From positions 49,290,001-49,354,000 of the forward strand of contig OZ024749.1 in the NCBI GenBank assembly GCA_964016885.1: a DNA stretch of 64,000 nt, given 5' to 3'. Below the pieces are notes generated by a model. It was not told the DNA's origin, did no database searches, and saw only the letters and a list, made by a program, of their open reading frames with translations. Numbering within the stretch: the first letter of the stretch is position 1; each line of letters opens with the position of its first letter. The stretch comes from Eledone cirrhosa (Eukaryota). The translations under genes and the position numbers were made by a program. Shown here piece after piece: positions 15,435-30,463 of this stretch.

Positions 15435-17358
15435 GTGTATGTGTGCGTGCGTGTGAGCGCGTGTGTGTATGTGTGTGTTGATATGTATATATGTGTGTGT
15501 GTGTTTGAGGTTTACCGATAGAAACCGAAACGAAGCAGGAACTAAAGGACTCAATGTATTAACTAAATATCATACTCTTATTCATTGTACATTGACATAT
15601 ACATAACTAGTTTTGGCTGACCCGACGAGGCAATTACACACACACACTTATATATTACCAGTTAGCTGTTCTATTCCGGATGAGTAAATATCCCCTGCCG
15701 TAACCCCGGGAAGTGTTAAAACGTACAATTGACATATATAGATATGATGCATACATTCAGCGGAATGTTGGAATTATGGAGCTACATGGAATTTTCCAAT
15801 ACTCTAATATTACTGAGGACTGTGAATACTCTCCTTAGGTCGGATGAAATGCTGTATTTAGTTAAACCCATCTATGTTCTGAACTGTCAACTTTGCGTTT
15901 CCTACTGCAGAGGTTGCTGAAATTGTTTTATAACTTTCATATATGTTCTGCGTTTGTATAATCTATAGATTTCTCACTTGTAAGTATTGCACTGTCGAAG
16001 AGTTTCATAGGATTGTTTCATAAATACAATTTTTACCGTTTTCGATCTTACTGCGGGTTTATAAATAGTTTTACATATTATAGCCACCTGTCTCATTGCG
16101 GATTATCCTGGGTAATTTGACTCACTATAGCCACGTGTGCTCCTAAGCATTAGTAATGATATTGACTGAACGATAAATATAAATGAAAGCTCGCTGTACC
16201 TGTAATATAATGGAACATGCATATTACGCACTGCAACACTCAGTAACTACCAGATGATTACGCTCAGGGTCAACAACAAATATATACAACGCTCAGCTAA
16301 GCACACGCAATTTCGGACGTAAGTTTCTCATTTTGTCGAACCTCTGAAGCTCCTCTGTCGAAAGTGATGGAGTATCAGTACATTCTTGTATACCTCTGGT
16401 TACCGTGAAATTTCCACCGCGTTGATATAGTTGTCTTCTTTCTGTAATTTTTGAGAAACATGGGTATTTTGTTTGATGTTTGCACAAAAGCAGTTATAAT
16501 CGGTTTGGAAAATCGGAGATTTGTTTTTGTTCTGTGCATGATATGCAGCAAGTGTGCGGTAATTATAGGCTGATTCCACACAATACAATTTAACATGAAG
16601 CCAGACGCTTTCAGATTATTTTTCATTAAAAAATTTCAAAACGAAAATTCAATCGCTATAGTACGATTTTAACGATATACTAAAGCCATGAAATACATTT
16701 TCAAGCTCAGAGTAAATTATATGATAGCTAAATATTTAACCTACTCTAAAAATGAATTAAATTGTAAATCAGTCTTTACTGTATATGTTTCTTTTTTTAA
16801 TTTAACTATTTTAATTGAAACATACTTTTAAAATATACTCGAAACATTTTATGTTAGCTATATGTAAATTCATACATATATGTGTGTGTCAGTTTAGAAT
16901 TAAATGCTAAATGATATATCATTTAAAACGATGTCTCCTAAGTAAAATCAAAATAATATAAGAAATATATAAGTTTCCATTTACTAAGCACTCAATAAAT
17001 GATGATCATTCCAATAATACTGCTGCAATATCTCTTCAGTTGTAAATAATTCATATATCCTACAAAAGTATAATTCTAAACAAAGTAAGTTTCTGTGCAT
17101 AATTTTGTTTTCGTGATTAGATAGAACACGATTTAAAGGCACCTAATAAGCGTTGCGTGATTTTCACTTGGTAAAATTTCGAAATATCTGCATGTGATTA
17201 CTGATTATTTTATATTTATTTGCAGTATATTTCTGATGTGACTAATGAGATGCCACATTTTAGTTATGTACAACAATTAATAAAGAAAAAATACTCTAGA
17301 AATAACTCTACGCGTGTCTTAAATATAATAATCGGAATTCAAGTTTGGAAATTTCTAT

Positions 17359-17400
<42 letters not shown>

Positions 17401-18053
17401 TATGTGTTGGTTGTATATATATATATATATATATATATACCCCCTCCCCATATATATATACACACATATATATATATATATATATATACATATATATTTA
17501 TTGATATATACATATATATATATTATATACATATATTAATATATTTTAAAGTATATTTTAAATTCAGAACATTTAAAAGTACGTGCAATCATATAGGCAG
17601 ACTCATACAGGTGTGAGAACATTGCTTTGTTTCACGTCTTTATGCAGCATTGCAGACTGTATCTGTAGATTTATAAACAAATATATGTATAGATAGATGC
17701 ATGTACCTTTCTTTTATAACACAGTTTCTTGGGCAGACAATTGCGCAACAGCCTCATTGTGTTACTTCTCTGATGATATGAAATCACTAACTTCTCAATC
17801 AGCCGAATATTGAATGTAGTACGACGGATCCTTCTTTATCCACACAAGAAGATATTTGATAGAGCCAAATGGAGTTTCGCCTATTTATAGATATATTTTG
17901 CGGTGGTTGTCTTGATGATAGTGTAGTGTATCTCAGGAGGCAATAACCGATTTTGTTTATGTCTAGATATTCAATCTTCTAATTGCTTTTTGACACACAC
18001 ATACACGTATCTGTGCAGAGGCACCCAACTATAAAATTGATACACACACTCAA

Positions 18054-18166
<113 letters not shown>

Positions 18167-18174
18167 TATATCTA

Positions 18175-18251
<77 letters not shown>

Positions 18252-18786
18252 TAATATATATATATATATATATTAATATATATATAGAATGTAACGTTCA
18301 TTTTATCTAAATTTTAAATTATACCCAGACATTGGAATAAAAAATTGATTCCCAATGTATTATGAACATTGTTTAGAAAATATTACACCATTAATTCGTT
18401 TTTGGCAGTTGGATAAGCAATTAAGTCAACTAGGATTAAATAAATTAAATAATAATTACATCTCTAGCGAAATGTGCACAGATAAAGTTAAGAATATTGA
18501 AGATAGAAACCGTACAACATCATAATCGACGTAAAGTCTTATTAATGTTAATTCATTAAGCAATAATTAAGTAGTGAAATGAATAATTTACTTTATCATA
18601 AAGTCTGTATTATTGTTTAATGGAATTTCTTTCTGCTATGAATATTTATATTAATCTATCAAAAACAGTTGGTGATTTAGCATAAGAATTGTTAAAAGTC
18701 TGCTGTGTTGTATATAGTTCACATTATAAGAATGCATTCATTATCCATTATATTAATCGTATATTAAATTAAATTCATAATAATAA

Positions 18787-18925
18787 TAATGGTCTCTGAT
18801 TTAAGAACAAGGCCAGCATTTTTTGGAGAAAGGAAAAGTCTATTAAATCGACCCAGCCAATCATTGTTTCTTTAATTTAACGAGCCCGTAAAGCTGATAG
18901 GCAAATCTAAATTCGACGGGATGTT
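18787..18925 (-). mobile_element. Diverged SINE copy
   Basis: ACAAGGCCAGCA...AAATCGACCC...CCCGTAAAG...GGCAAA...GACGGGAT. Confidence 0.55.
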
Positions 18926-21376
18926 CCACGTGTGTGATACTAAATTCCTAGATATAGAGGCTATATGTATAGCCCAAATAATATGCTGCTGTAATTCAAA
19001 ATAAAGTATACATTGATCAGCATAGGAAATTATATACAGAAACATGGAGAGACAATGGATATTACAAATTCAATCATATTACTACATAACTTTATTTTAT
19101 TCGACTCTCTTATCCGGTTAACCTTTGATCATATTTACAGCCTATATTCAGGTTTGTCAACACATCTATGTTTATGAAGCAGAACCTCAAAAGAAAACAG
19201 ATAATTCAGTATAGTGTGAACATATTGTACATGGAACTAGAGATGACAGTTGGAAACAACATCGGCACACATAAAAGTCCATACCAAATTATACATTACA
19301 CCAAACAAGAACTGACGTCAGACAACTAAATATTCATGAACTACTTCGTCTGAGAGAAAACGTATGTTAATCCTACGTGATTATAGACATAAATACAAGT
19401 TTGTTACAATATACTATACGCATTCTCTTTGAAAAAAATATACATGTTTATAAAATAGTGAACATTACACACCTCCTCACAATTGATGTCACAAAAATGT
19501 ATTTTTATACGAAAGTTAATGTGAAGGATAACATGTGGAAAATTCAACAACAACGCCTGAAGCAAAATGTAGTAAAATCCATTAGGACTTCGATAATTCA
19601 TTAGTATGGAAGTCAATGTTAATAATTTTACAATCACCAGTTCAATGACGGACGGTAATATTATCAACATTGATATGTTGAAAAAAAACCCATATATTAA
19701 TGGGAAAAAAAAAAAATTTGAATTGCTCATTCGTCTAAGATAATTGCATCCTCCCAGAAATTGAACAGTTAAGACTATTCTAATTTGTCAAGCTGACCGA
19801 ATTGATTACTTCAATTTCCTGAGTTTGATAATGAAATACAAGAATAAAATGTAGAATAGATAGCTAGTATGAATGTTAATTTTGCTACAAACCTATTAGT
19901 TTTGAATTAATAGAAAAGATCAATCGTCTGTGAAAATGTATTTCAGTGATTCAGTATGGCCCTTAAATTTATGGGTAAAAAATTTATCCGGTGTTTATTT
20001 TAATATTTTATTATTTGAGATTTGATTAAACTAACATAGTAACAGTAATGTAATGTTATATTGCTTGATTAGCCGAATTGTAGGTGCATTGAAAATATAT
20101 CTTGTGGTATTTAAATACATTTGACATTCTGAATTCAAATCCGGTCAGTGTTCAACAGAAGACAATATTTTTCGTTTCGTATTTAACTGCAACTTTAATG
20201 ATAGGACTGGATTACCAGAGTTGTTAAAGTGTCGTATAAATGCATATCAACAGTTTTACGGCCTTTTTACCGTCTGAGTGCAAAACCCGTGGTGGTCAAC
20301 ATTGATTTTATATGTTTTCCGACAACAAGACAATGAAATAACGTACCTACTAAGAAATAGAGTGGATATAATCGACATTCACCTTCCCCTAAGCCGCTGG
20401 TAATTTGCCAATGTTTGAGACAATTTCAATGCTACATAATGCATACATGAACAGAAAAGACCAATCACTGATAAAAGACAAAGCTAAATAAAATACCTAG
20501 CATTTAAACACGCTGTTTAAATGAATATTAACCATATAATATATCCATAACTTCTACTATATTATTACAATTTAGCAATTGACACCATGTGAGAAACATA
20601 TCTTTCCTGTTATAAGATATCAACTAATATGATGGTTATCGTACAAGTCTCAGTTAAAATTAAATATTTTAAGTTAGCTTAGAGTCAATAACGATTCGGT
20701 TCCCAATCATTGCAATTCTATTTAACTTATGTCACTAAAGAATTTAGTAAGGTATTGCAGATCATCAATTATCTAATGCTCATTCATTTAAAACAAGACG
20801 CAGACGCCTCAAAGAATCAAAGAGGAATAGTTGAATGGTTGTTCAGCCTGCCAAAAGTTCAGTGAAATGTCCTTCAAATTATACCACACAGTGGGACATA
20901 CAAAATGGATGAACATATGACTAAGCCGGATAAAGTAACTCTCAATAAAATATGTCAGAAAAGATAACGAGATTGTCACTATTTGAATGCCAGTTAAACG
21001 ATCTAGTTTCGTCTCAGATATATGTCTCCCAGATTTGGACGCCATTAGATTACAAACGAAGCAATGACATATCTTCACAAATCATGCACAGTCATTAAAA
21101 TGAGAGAACTTTTCGTCTAGTGAGTCTTAAACATTTCCTTCTGTTTCCAATATTTATGCAAATGCACTTGCTTTTACAGGTAATATTATTACACATATAT
21201 CTACTACTGTTACTAACATTGCACATGTACAGCACTTATGAGCTATTATATTATATTTACCTCTATGCGGTTCGCTGATAACATTTCTGTAATTCTTTTA
21301 ACGTACGTGATATGTATATATATATATGACCCTCCAGTCAGACACACATATATTATACGCACACCCATACACACAC

Positions 21377-21421
<45 letters not shown>

Positions 21422-21426
<5 letters not shown>

Positions 21427-23604
21427 ATAATAATAAATTTGAAGACTAAAATCCAAAGAGGGCTCGATAAGGATAAATATATATCAAATATATAACAACC
21501 GTAGAGCAAATATTTATTAAAATAACAGATTAAAGTTTAAGCAAAGAATCGCTGCTTTCACCCTTAACGGGATCTTCTGAAACTAACAATGTCAATCTGT
21601 AAACGCAGAAGTGGATCTTTCAAAAAACGTTGTAACCGGAGGAAGACAGGAAGACGATACTTTGGTACGTGGGAACGTTCCCTGGCAGAGAACGGGAACA
21701 AATGAATATAGTACGTCATTTATAGGAGCGGTGAAAAACAATTACGCGCAAAGACACAACCACGTTTATAGTATAAAAGAAGTCGTAGACTAATGTTCTC
21801 TTAGGTGGTTCATAGAGACGTTTTCTGGTAAAGAACGAAAAAAACGAAGATAATACGTCATATGTGGAGCGTGGAGAACAATTGCACGCAAATACAAAAC
21901 CAAGTAAATGGAATAGCTGAAGTCGTAGACTAAAATACTGACTAGGAAACCGAATGAATCTCCGCTTCAGAGTTAAGAATAAAGTAAATAAAATACAATA
22001 CAGAGGTAATAGAAATTAAATATATACATACACGCATGCAAAACATACATACACAAGCATACGCGAAAACACTTGCCATAGGTATACAAAACCACGAACA
22101 TATAAATATGTATGTGTGTGTGTGCGTGTATACAAATAAATAAATAATTAAATAATTAAATAATTGAATAAATTAAATAAAGTTATATAAATAAATAAAT
22201 ACGTATATAACAAGCGCACACACATACCTACATGTAAATACATAAATGTTCGGAGACGTAAGTCAACCAAAACATGAAGTACACATATACACACACCTAC
22301 ATACGTACGAACCTGCATACTCACACAGACGCAAAACTCCCGTATACACATAACCAAACCATATGTACCAGCATATATAAAAAATTATACGCCATAACAA
22401 TACAATCAAGTATACGTTCGAGAAAGTATACGTACCTTCACAAAACATACAGGTAATATATACTTACCTATGCAAATAAGTAATGGTATAAATAAAACAT
22501 ATAGTTAGCTACCACATCAAGACGTAAAATATCCACGTATAGGTCGTACTATCCGTTAGGATATAACGTGGGGCTGTAATACAGGAAAGTTTTGTGCAAT
22601 TTATGTTTACAAGCCGAAATTGACTCAATTTATTTATTTAAGATGCGGTCTGTGGCGTAGAGTATTTCCAGGGCCTCAGCGGCGCAGAGGTCAGATGGTG
22701 TTTTATTTCCGTTATACGATCTAGCCCTAGCTAGGAACTCCCAGTGTAACTTATATTGGGTGTGGTTGTCTTTTAGACTCCAGATAAAAGCTGAAAGTGA
22801 CGTCATATTCCTTCTTAGAGGGTAACGAATAACATGGGTAGCCTGTAAAGATGCTGCTTGAATCTATTGGCGGTAAACCCTATGTAGGCCCTATGGGACG
22901 TGGGTGTTTCAACCTTACATTTGTAGACAATGTTACTAGAGAGGCATTTCCCGGATATGGGACAATCAAAGCAATTCCTACAATTACAGTTAGTACTAAC
23001 TACAGGGTTGCACGTGTTCCTACGGCTAGGTAGTTTAGCTAAATTTGGATCTGTGATGTTATGTGCAAGGTAAGAGTCGTAGATTGCGTGTATGTATTTA
23101 TTTAATTTCTATTACCTCTGTATTGTATTTTATTTACTTTATTCTTAACTCTGAAGCGGAGATTCATTCGGTTTCCTAGTTAGAATTTTAGTCTACGAAT
23201 TCAGCTATTCCATTTACTTGGTTTTGTCCTTGCGTGCAATTGTTCTCCGCGCTCCACATATGACGTATTATCTTCGTTTTTTCCGTTCTTTACCAGAAAA
23301 CGTCTCTATGAACCATCTAAGAGAACATTAGTCTACGACTTCTTTTATACCATAAACGTGGTTCTGTCTTTGCGGGTAATTGTTTTTCACCGTTCCTATT
23401 AATGTCGTATTATATTCGTTTGTTCCCGTTCTTTGCCAGGGAACGTTTCCACGAACCAAAGTATCGTCTTCCTGTCTTCCTCCGGTTGCAACGTTTTTTG
23501 AAATATCCACTTCTGCGTTTACAGATTGACTTTGTTAGTTTCAGAAGATCCCGTTAAGGGTGAAAGCAGCGATTCTTTGCTTAAACTTTAATCTGTTATT
23601 TTAA
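21422..23604 (-). mobile_element. 5'-truncated Naiad-type Penelope-like element with ~520-bp inverted pLTRs (family F)
   Basis: 21517-22036 is the reverse complement of 23085-23604 (~95% identity by eye). A tail at 21422-21516 abuts (TA)n. A GIY-YIG remnant lies between the arms. Confidence 0.85.
22549..23084 (-). pseudogene. GIY-YIG endonuclease domain remnant of a PLE
   Basis: Manual translation gives CNCRNCFDCPISGKCLSSNIVYKCKVETPTSHRAYIGFTANRFKQHLY, a frameshift, then TSLSAFIWSLKDNHTQYKLHWEFLARARSYNGNKTPSDLCAAEALEILYATDRILNK*IESISACKH. It is colinear with the 37838-38506 ORF. Confidence 0.88.
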
Positions 23605-23912
23605 AGTGCCTGTATGTATATATATACATGCTACTCTACGTCTGTATACATATATGTATGTACGTATACATACATACTTACATTTAAGTAAGTGCCGTAC
23701 TAAGAGTGCGAAATGAAATTTCGTTTCATTCTATTTCATTTGTATATATATATATTTATATATAGACGCGTATACATAAGTGTTGCATAGCGATTTTGAG
23801 AATAGCGTCACGGATGTTACAATAATATACTGTAATTCAGTTCAACTAACTGTGCGCGCAGGCAATAAACCGAGAATGTTCATGTCCCTCTGAATACACA
23901 CACACACACACA

Positions 23913-23958
<46 letters not shown>

Positions 23959-24485
23959 TACATACACACACACGCACACACATATACACACACACATATA
24001 TATATATATACATATATATGTATGTGTGTGTGTGTGTATGTATTGTGTGTGTGTGTGTGGATATGTGTATGTAAGTGTATGTGTTGGTTTGTCTATGTTT
24101 CTTTGTACATTTATATTATATACATTCGGTTTTAATGTTGTTCTCGAGCTTGTGAATTTGGGTGTGATTTGTGCTGTCAAGCTTTTCGTTATTAACTCCC
24201 AATGTGATTCTATTGTAAAATACATGTTTAAAGATTACTGAATAAAATAATTGTTTTTAATTAAATAAGCGCCTTAAAGACAGACAGTTCGACTATCCAA
24301 ATAGAATGGGGCAATCGTCCGGATGACTTATTTGTTTGTGTGTAATCTAAAAAGAAAATAATTTACAGCGAAACGAAACACGCCCGACTATAGTAAATGC
24401 AAAACGATGTAGTTGTAGTTGTAGCAGGAGTGCTAGTAGGGATCCTAGTAGTATAACATATTTGTATGTATTATTGATGTATTAT

Positions 24486-24602
24486 TGAGTTCAAATCCCG
24501 CCGTGGTTAGCTTTGCCTTTCATCCTTATGGGGTCGATGAAATAAAGTACCAGTAATGCACTGAAATAATTGCTGGCCTTGTGCCAAAAGTAGAAACAAT
24601 TA
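24486..24602 (+). mobile_element. 5'-truncated SINE
   Basis: Starts at the B box GAGTTCAAATCC and runs to GTAGAAACAATTA. ATTATTGATGT is duplicated on both flanks. Confidence 0.8.
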
Positions 24603-24802
24603 TTGATGTGGTAAGCAACAATAACTATTACTATGTAGATATAGGAGTCTAACTTATAATGTTATCATGAAAAGAACCTGTAATATGTTGAGGAAGAAAC
24701 CTGATCCCGTATTGTTTACATGCCCCATACTTTCCTCATGTAACCAAAAATAAGAACATCGACCCCATTAATAACAATAATAGTAATAACAATATTAACA
24801 AT

Positions 24803-24837
24803 ACTGCTGCTGCAACTGCTGCTACTACTACTACTAC

Positions 24838-24902
<65 letters not shown>

Positions 24903-24903
24903 A

Positions 24904-24972
<69 letters not shown>

Positions 24973-25097
24973 TAGTAATAATAATAATAATAATAATTAA
25001 ATATTTATAAGTCGTTTGGAAGCCTCGACAATGCAAATAATAATAATAATAATAACAATGCAAATAATAATAATAATAACATAACAACAACAAAAAC
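24803..25097. repeat. (CTA)n/(ATA)n trinucleotide array
   Basis: Direct reading. Confidence 0.95.
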
Positions 25098-26160
25098 AAT
25101 TAGTGAAATAGAGATATGCATTATATTACTACGGTGTAGGACTGCTCAATAATTCTAATTATATAACACGATATCAATAGACAGATATCTGGCGCCAGAT
25201 ATAATTTATGTCTTTACCCCATTGGTTGAATACAACTCCCCAGTATTCAAGTATACCGTGTGTATGTTTGTGTATTTGCCCAAGCATTGTTTTGAGATAT
25301 ATCTGTAGTATTCTTTTCTCTCGTAGTGTCTTATCAATGGAATCGAGAAAAAAATGTATTGTACTTGCTTTAAGAAATCTCTACTGAGAGGTCATTGATT
25401 ATTTCTAGTGCGATCGTTAAATTAACCAAGAATCTGCAATTCTTGCCAAATATCACTTGTATGCACTCTCTAAAGGATATCCAGCAATAAATTGTTAGCC
25501 TACTTCGACATCATCTTCATGATCTTCGTCCTCATCATCACCTTTTTTTTTCCTTTTTCTTTTTCTTCGTTGTCATCATTATTTATCATCGAAATTAATA
25601 TCCTTATCAATATCATGGTTGAGCTTTTTCTGCTTCAGTATTTTTCTGCTTAATATTATCACAAACAGCATTATCAACATCATCGCCAACATTTTGTCAA
25701 TCAGCATCCTTTTTCTAATCATTAACATGATCATTACTACCGCTTTAACATTATCATCAACGTTGTCGTTATCATCATAACGATGAAAATAGCTATAATC
25801 TTGCTTCATATGATCGGCATGATCACCTCTATCATTCTCACCATCACATTTATCGCGCTCATTAACACTATCACCATCTTTGTCACTGTTTTCTTCGTTG
25901 CCGTATTCGCATCATCAGTTTGGCATTTTTTTATATCAATTGATGACATGTATATGCTGCAGGTTAAGGAACTACTTCATAACATGATTATATAAATTAC
26001 AGAATGCGCTTTGTAAAGCTACGGCCCTTATTTTAATATTGAGAGGTAAAGAAATCATACTTGCATTATGTTAATTTTTGATAATTGTACAATATAACAT
26101 TTCATACTTAAGCTTGGTATAGCAATACTGGCAATATCAAAATAAACGATTCTATAATAA

Positions 26161-26348
26161 TAATTGTTTCTACTTTAGGCACAAGGCCAGCAATTATCCA
26201 GTGCATTACTGGTACTTTATTTTATCGACCCCGTAAGGATGAAAGGCAAAGTCAACCTCGGCGGGATTTGAACTCAGCTCGTAAAGGGACGTAACTATGC
26301 TGCAAAGCATGGCGTCCGACCCGCTACTGATACTGCCAATCCACCGCC
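26161..26348 (-). mobile_element. Full-length tRNA-derived SINE
   Basis: On the minus strand: A box TGGCAGTATCAG, B box GAGTTCAAATCC, core GCCTTTCATCCTTACGGGGTCGATAAAATAAAGTACCAG. TSD TTCTATAATAAT at 26150 and 26351. Confidence 0.9.
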
Positions 26349-29300
26349 TTTTCTATAATAATGAAGCGGAAACCCAAAATGAACAAGTTTCAATGGTCTG
26401 TGACTAACAAAGACATATAGCTTAGATCACAAAGCATATAGCTTAGATCACATACTACGTCACTCCTTCACCACTTCTAGGGTTGAAAAACAAAACCCCC
26501 CAAAAAATTGCAGTTTCAAAAGCGAGAAATTATCTATCAAAGTTATGATGAAAATATATTAACCCGAAATATAAAGATATATAATGAACTTCAAAGTATA
26601 ACGGCAAAACCATAATTATCATATTTAATATATCCCTCCCAATTCCCATTGTGACAGTTGTCAACACTATATTCATGTATTCATAACAAACACTCATTCA
26701 TTTTATATGTCGTAAAAAATATAATCTTACTGATTCAATATATCAAATTCTATTTCTATGCAACTCAAACCTTTTATATGAGAAATAATTCACACTTACG
26801 TGTCATTCTTTGTTTCGGGCAATATGTTTACAATACGAATTTGTAGACGATTTCAGCAAGCTATCCGTGTGGAATGCTATCAACATTTCAAACACTTGGC
26901 TTTTTTGTCAGAGTTGTGAAGAGGAAATGATAACGACAATGTAGCACGTTGCCAATTGAAAAATTGTATTATGAAAATGAGTATGTGTGATATTGGTTAT
27001 TTTATGCCTCAGCGTACAATCCTTAAATTACTGATGTTTATGATCATGACATATTTTACTAGATCACTTACTATAACTGTACGGTACGATTTTATTTAGA
27101 ATTATCAAGATGAATTATTTTATATGATTGTGTCCTAGTATATGTGTCACTATTGATTATATTGCTGTTTTGGGGTTTATCATGAATTTCCTAATTTCAC
27201 GACATAGATGTTTATTTAAGTATATTCGGCCCGTTGTTTTAGAACTATATTTATGCCAGCATTATACAGGTTACTTAATTTTCTACATGTTGTTTATATA
27301 GGGAAAGACATGTATTAGAACATATGTCTAATAAAATAAATATTTTGTTTTACTTAATGAAACAATTACTATGTCTGTGACATACTCTCGACATGAATTA
27401 CAGAAGCCATTTCTAAATATCTTGAGCTGTCATTCCATGATCGTGCATCATAAAATGCAGTCCTGTTCATCAATCATTAGTGATTTGTTTTATTATAATT
27501 CTGAGAAATCTAGAACGAAATACTACATTGGTCAAGTTTTAGTTCCCATGTGACTCGGTTTACATTAAACCGCGTTTATTATGTTGTCAATAGAAATCAA
27601 GACAGTATTTTGGCAGAAACCGCACACAAAGTGGCTATTGTATTGTGGTTGAGTTATTTTATGGGCTTGCTAAGAAAGATAGCGATTGTAAATAGTCTTT
27701 AAAAGCCTCTCTAAAACGATGTGATCGAGTGAGTTAATGTTTCTCCTGTATGAGAAACATGGGAATTGAAGAGAATTGTGAGAAGCAAAGCGATAGTTGT
27801 TGTGGGGTCTGAGTGTGGAGGAGATATTATTTGTGCTGAGTAAAGTAGAGATGATACATCAGGCGAGCTTCAACCAAATGTCACAAAATGAGCAGGTTTT
27901 GTAGTGTAGCAACCTCAGTACTTATTGTGGGAAAATGTGGATAGAAAGTGAGAGAGTAAGAGAAAGAGAGAAAGAGAGAGGGAGAGGGAAATGGAATGAG
28001 AGACAGATAACAAGAAAAGAAAGACAGACTTATGTGACAACACGTCTGTGTGTCGAAAATTAGATTATGTTCATGTGTATTGTATTTCGAACGACAACTC
28101 TCAAGATATTATTCTGAGGTTTATTCAAAATATCTTCCAGGTAGATCTCTTTCTTGGTTTGAATACATGGCCAGAACATAACGTATCATAGTGATACACT
28201 TATTTTTTTTCTAGAAAACGTAATCGAAATTTAGTTCAGAAATCAATAAAATATATATATACAAACATTTGAAATTAGCATATTATATATTTTGCTTTAC
28301 AAATACTCTATTTAAAATAAAAAAATTCAAACGTAAAATTTCTTTATATCACAAATATTCTTGTCAAGAGAATTTTAATTGTATACACTATTGTTTAATG
28401 AGTCACACGGTTAAATGATCGACATTTGGCAAAATTCATAATCACAGCTGCATCTGTCTAGTATTCACTCCAGATCAAACAATGTTTAGAGTATATTTCA
28501 TATATTGATTTTTTTTGTGTATTGGCACAGGCACATACATTTATAGACATATGATGCTGCTACCTAAATCGATCCCATAATATGATTGTTATATACTATA
28601 ATTTCAGTGAGGCAAACTGATCGCTATGTATAAAAAGAATTCCATACTATCCAGCTTTATCCGCTTCAAAATTAAATATTATGAAAAAGAACCATCGATA
28701 CCCTTGCAGGATCAGAAATCAAACCGTCCCCAAATCACACTGAAGTGTATTCATAGTGAAGGCTAAATGTACATCTGCATGGATCAATGGCAAACACAGT
28801 TTAGTTTTGTATGTATTTGAACTCAGAATGTAAAGAGCCCTGACTAATTTTACAAACCATGTTTTCGAGTTTAAAAGAATCTGCCTACACATGTGCCTTG
28901 TTTGTATGTATAATTATAATTTCAAATACATTTTCTGACTTATTCCGCACAAACATGTTCAATAGAACATACACAAGAATGCGGAAAATAAGTAACAACA
29001 TGCAATAACAAAAATATTGGTAGTATTGTTTTATTGAGACGTTTTATCTATGTTATATGGCAATTAGTGAATTATAGTATGATAGGTTTTGAACAGAACA
29101 ATAAATGATTAATTGGTTTTTAAGGCCTTCGGTGGTAAGGAGGCGTCTGTAACAATGAAATAGGACGCGGAAAGATTAGTATTTATCAGTCTAAGTTAAT
29201 TGCCGTTTGTTATATGTTGTAATATGATAGATGTTATATTTATCATTTATAGGCAGATATGCATGGCTGTTAAGAATTGTTTAAAAATGAATTATCATAT

Positions 29301-30297
29301 CAAATGCCTTGCTTATAACAACCGACTGTAGAAAGTTCTTTCTTACAACATATTCTGTTGAAAATAGCAGTCGGATCTTCAACAGTTTATTTCAGTCACC
29401 GATCGACTGCTGTTACGGAGGGCAACAGTCTTAAACACGTTTCAGCTTTCAGAAATAGTATTGATCAAGTATTCATGTGAGTTGATCAAGTATCCATGGG
29501 AATTGAGTAATTCGACATAAATTATCATAACGCATATTACCGAAACAGAATCCGCATGTAATCATGATCGATGATTTAACATTACTGCAAATCCTTGTAA
29601 TACAAATTTATTTTGCAGTACCTGAATAGATGAACGGCTAACTTGATCTCGTTGGGGTTTTAAATTATAGCATAGAGAGCGAGAAGAAATAATATAGACT
29701 TACATATACAAAGTTCCATCAAGGTACCTTACAAGATCGAGTAATTGTATAATGTAAAGTTATCAATGCTATTAAGAATTTTTTAAAATGTTGGGAAGTT
29801 CGAGAATCTATTGCTCTTAAACACACACCGATCCTAAGATGAGGTTTGACTTGAAGGTTTTGAAAGCAATAGGAAAACATTTGAGAATAATGTCTCCATT
29901 TTCGATATGGTGATCAACATCGTTTGTTTTTTCTTTGTTTTTTTTAATTGCAACCTACCAGCTTGTAAATTATTAATGAGTAGCATTCATTTCTATAATT
30001 GTAAAATTCCATTCATTGTTAATGTTGATTAAGTTATCCTAGAAATATGTCTACCTTCCAAGATGTACGAATAGACAATGATTTACATAGAGAAACAACA
30101 TGTATACTCTGATGTCCATGGGAATTTGAGCGTATTTGACTCCAACAAAACTCAATGCGAACAACGTATATTATTGACCGTGCAAGGGAGTATTACTTTC
30201 ACTATCGATTTCATTTAAAATTAATTAGAGATGTCATGCAGATAAATATCGCCGGATGAATTTTTCTCTCCGCATTATATTACAAACACCACCTCCA

Positions 30298-30360
<63 letters not shown>

Positions 30361-30367
30361 TACACAC

Positions 30368-30460
<93 letters not shown>

Positions 30461-30463
<3 letters not shown>

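Noticed and set aside
16400-16545. Minus-strand NKNKS...EDNYINAV resembling tyrosine-phosphatase KNR/DYINA motifs, near possible AG and GT sites
   Set aside because: The match is short, the spacing is off, the key Arg is missing and no other PTP exons were seen. It would need RNA-seq or tBLASTn support.
17769-17790. CTGATGA-tat-GAAA hammerhead-like core
   Set aside because: No stem I or III pairing, and no repeat context.
21611-23510. Twin 60-aa ORFs (21611+ and 23510-) as duplicated genes, or the locus as a TIR DNA transposon
   Set aside because: The ORFs are by-products of the inverted pLTR arms. The interior is GIY-YIG rather than a transposase, and the ends are asymmetric.
26415-26452. 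21-bp direct repeat (another at ~29461-29500)
   Set aside because: Ordinary slippage duplications.
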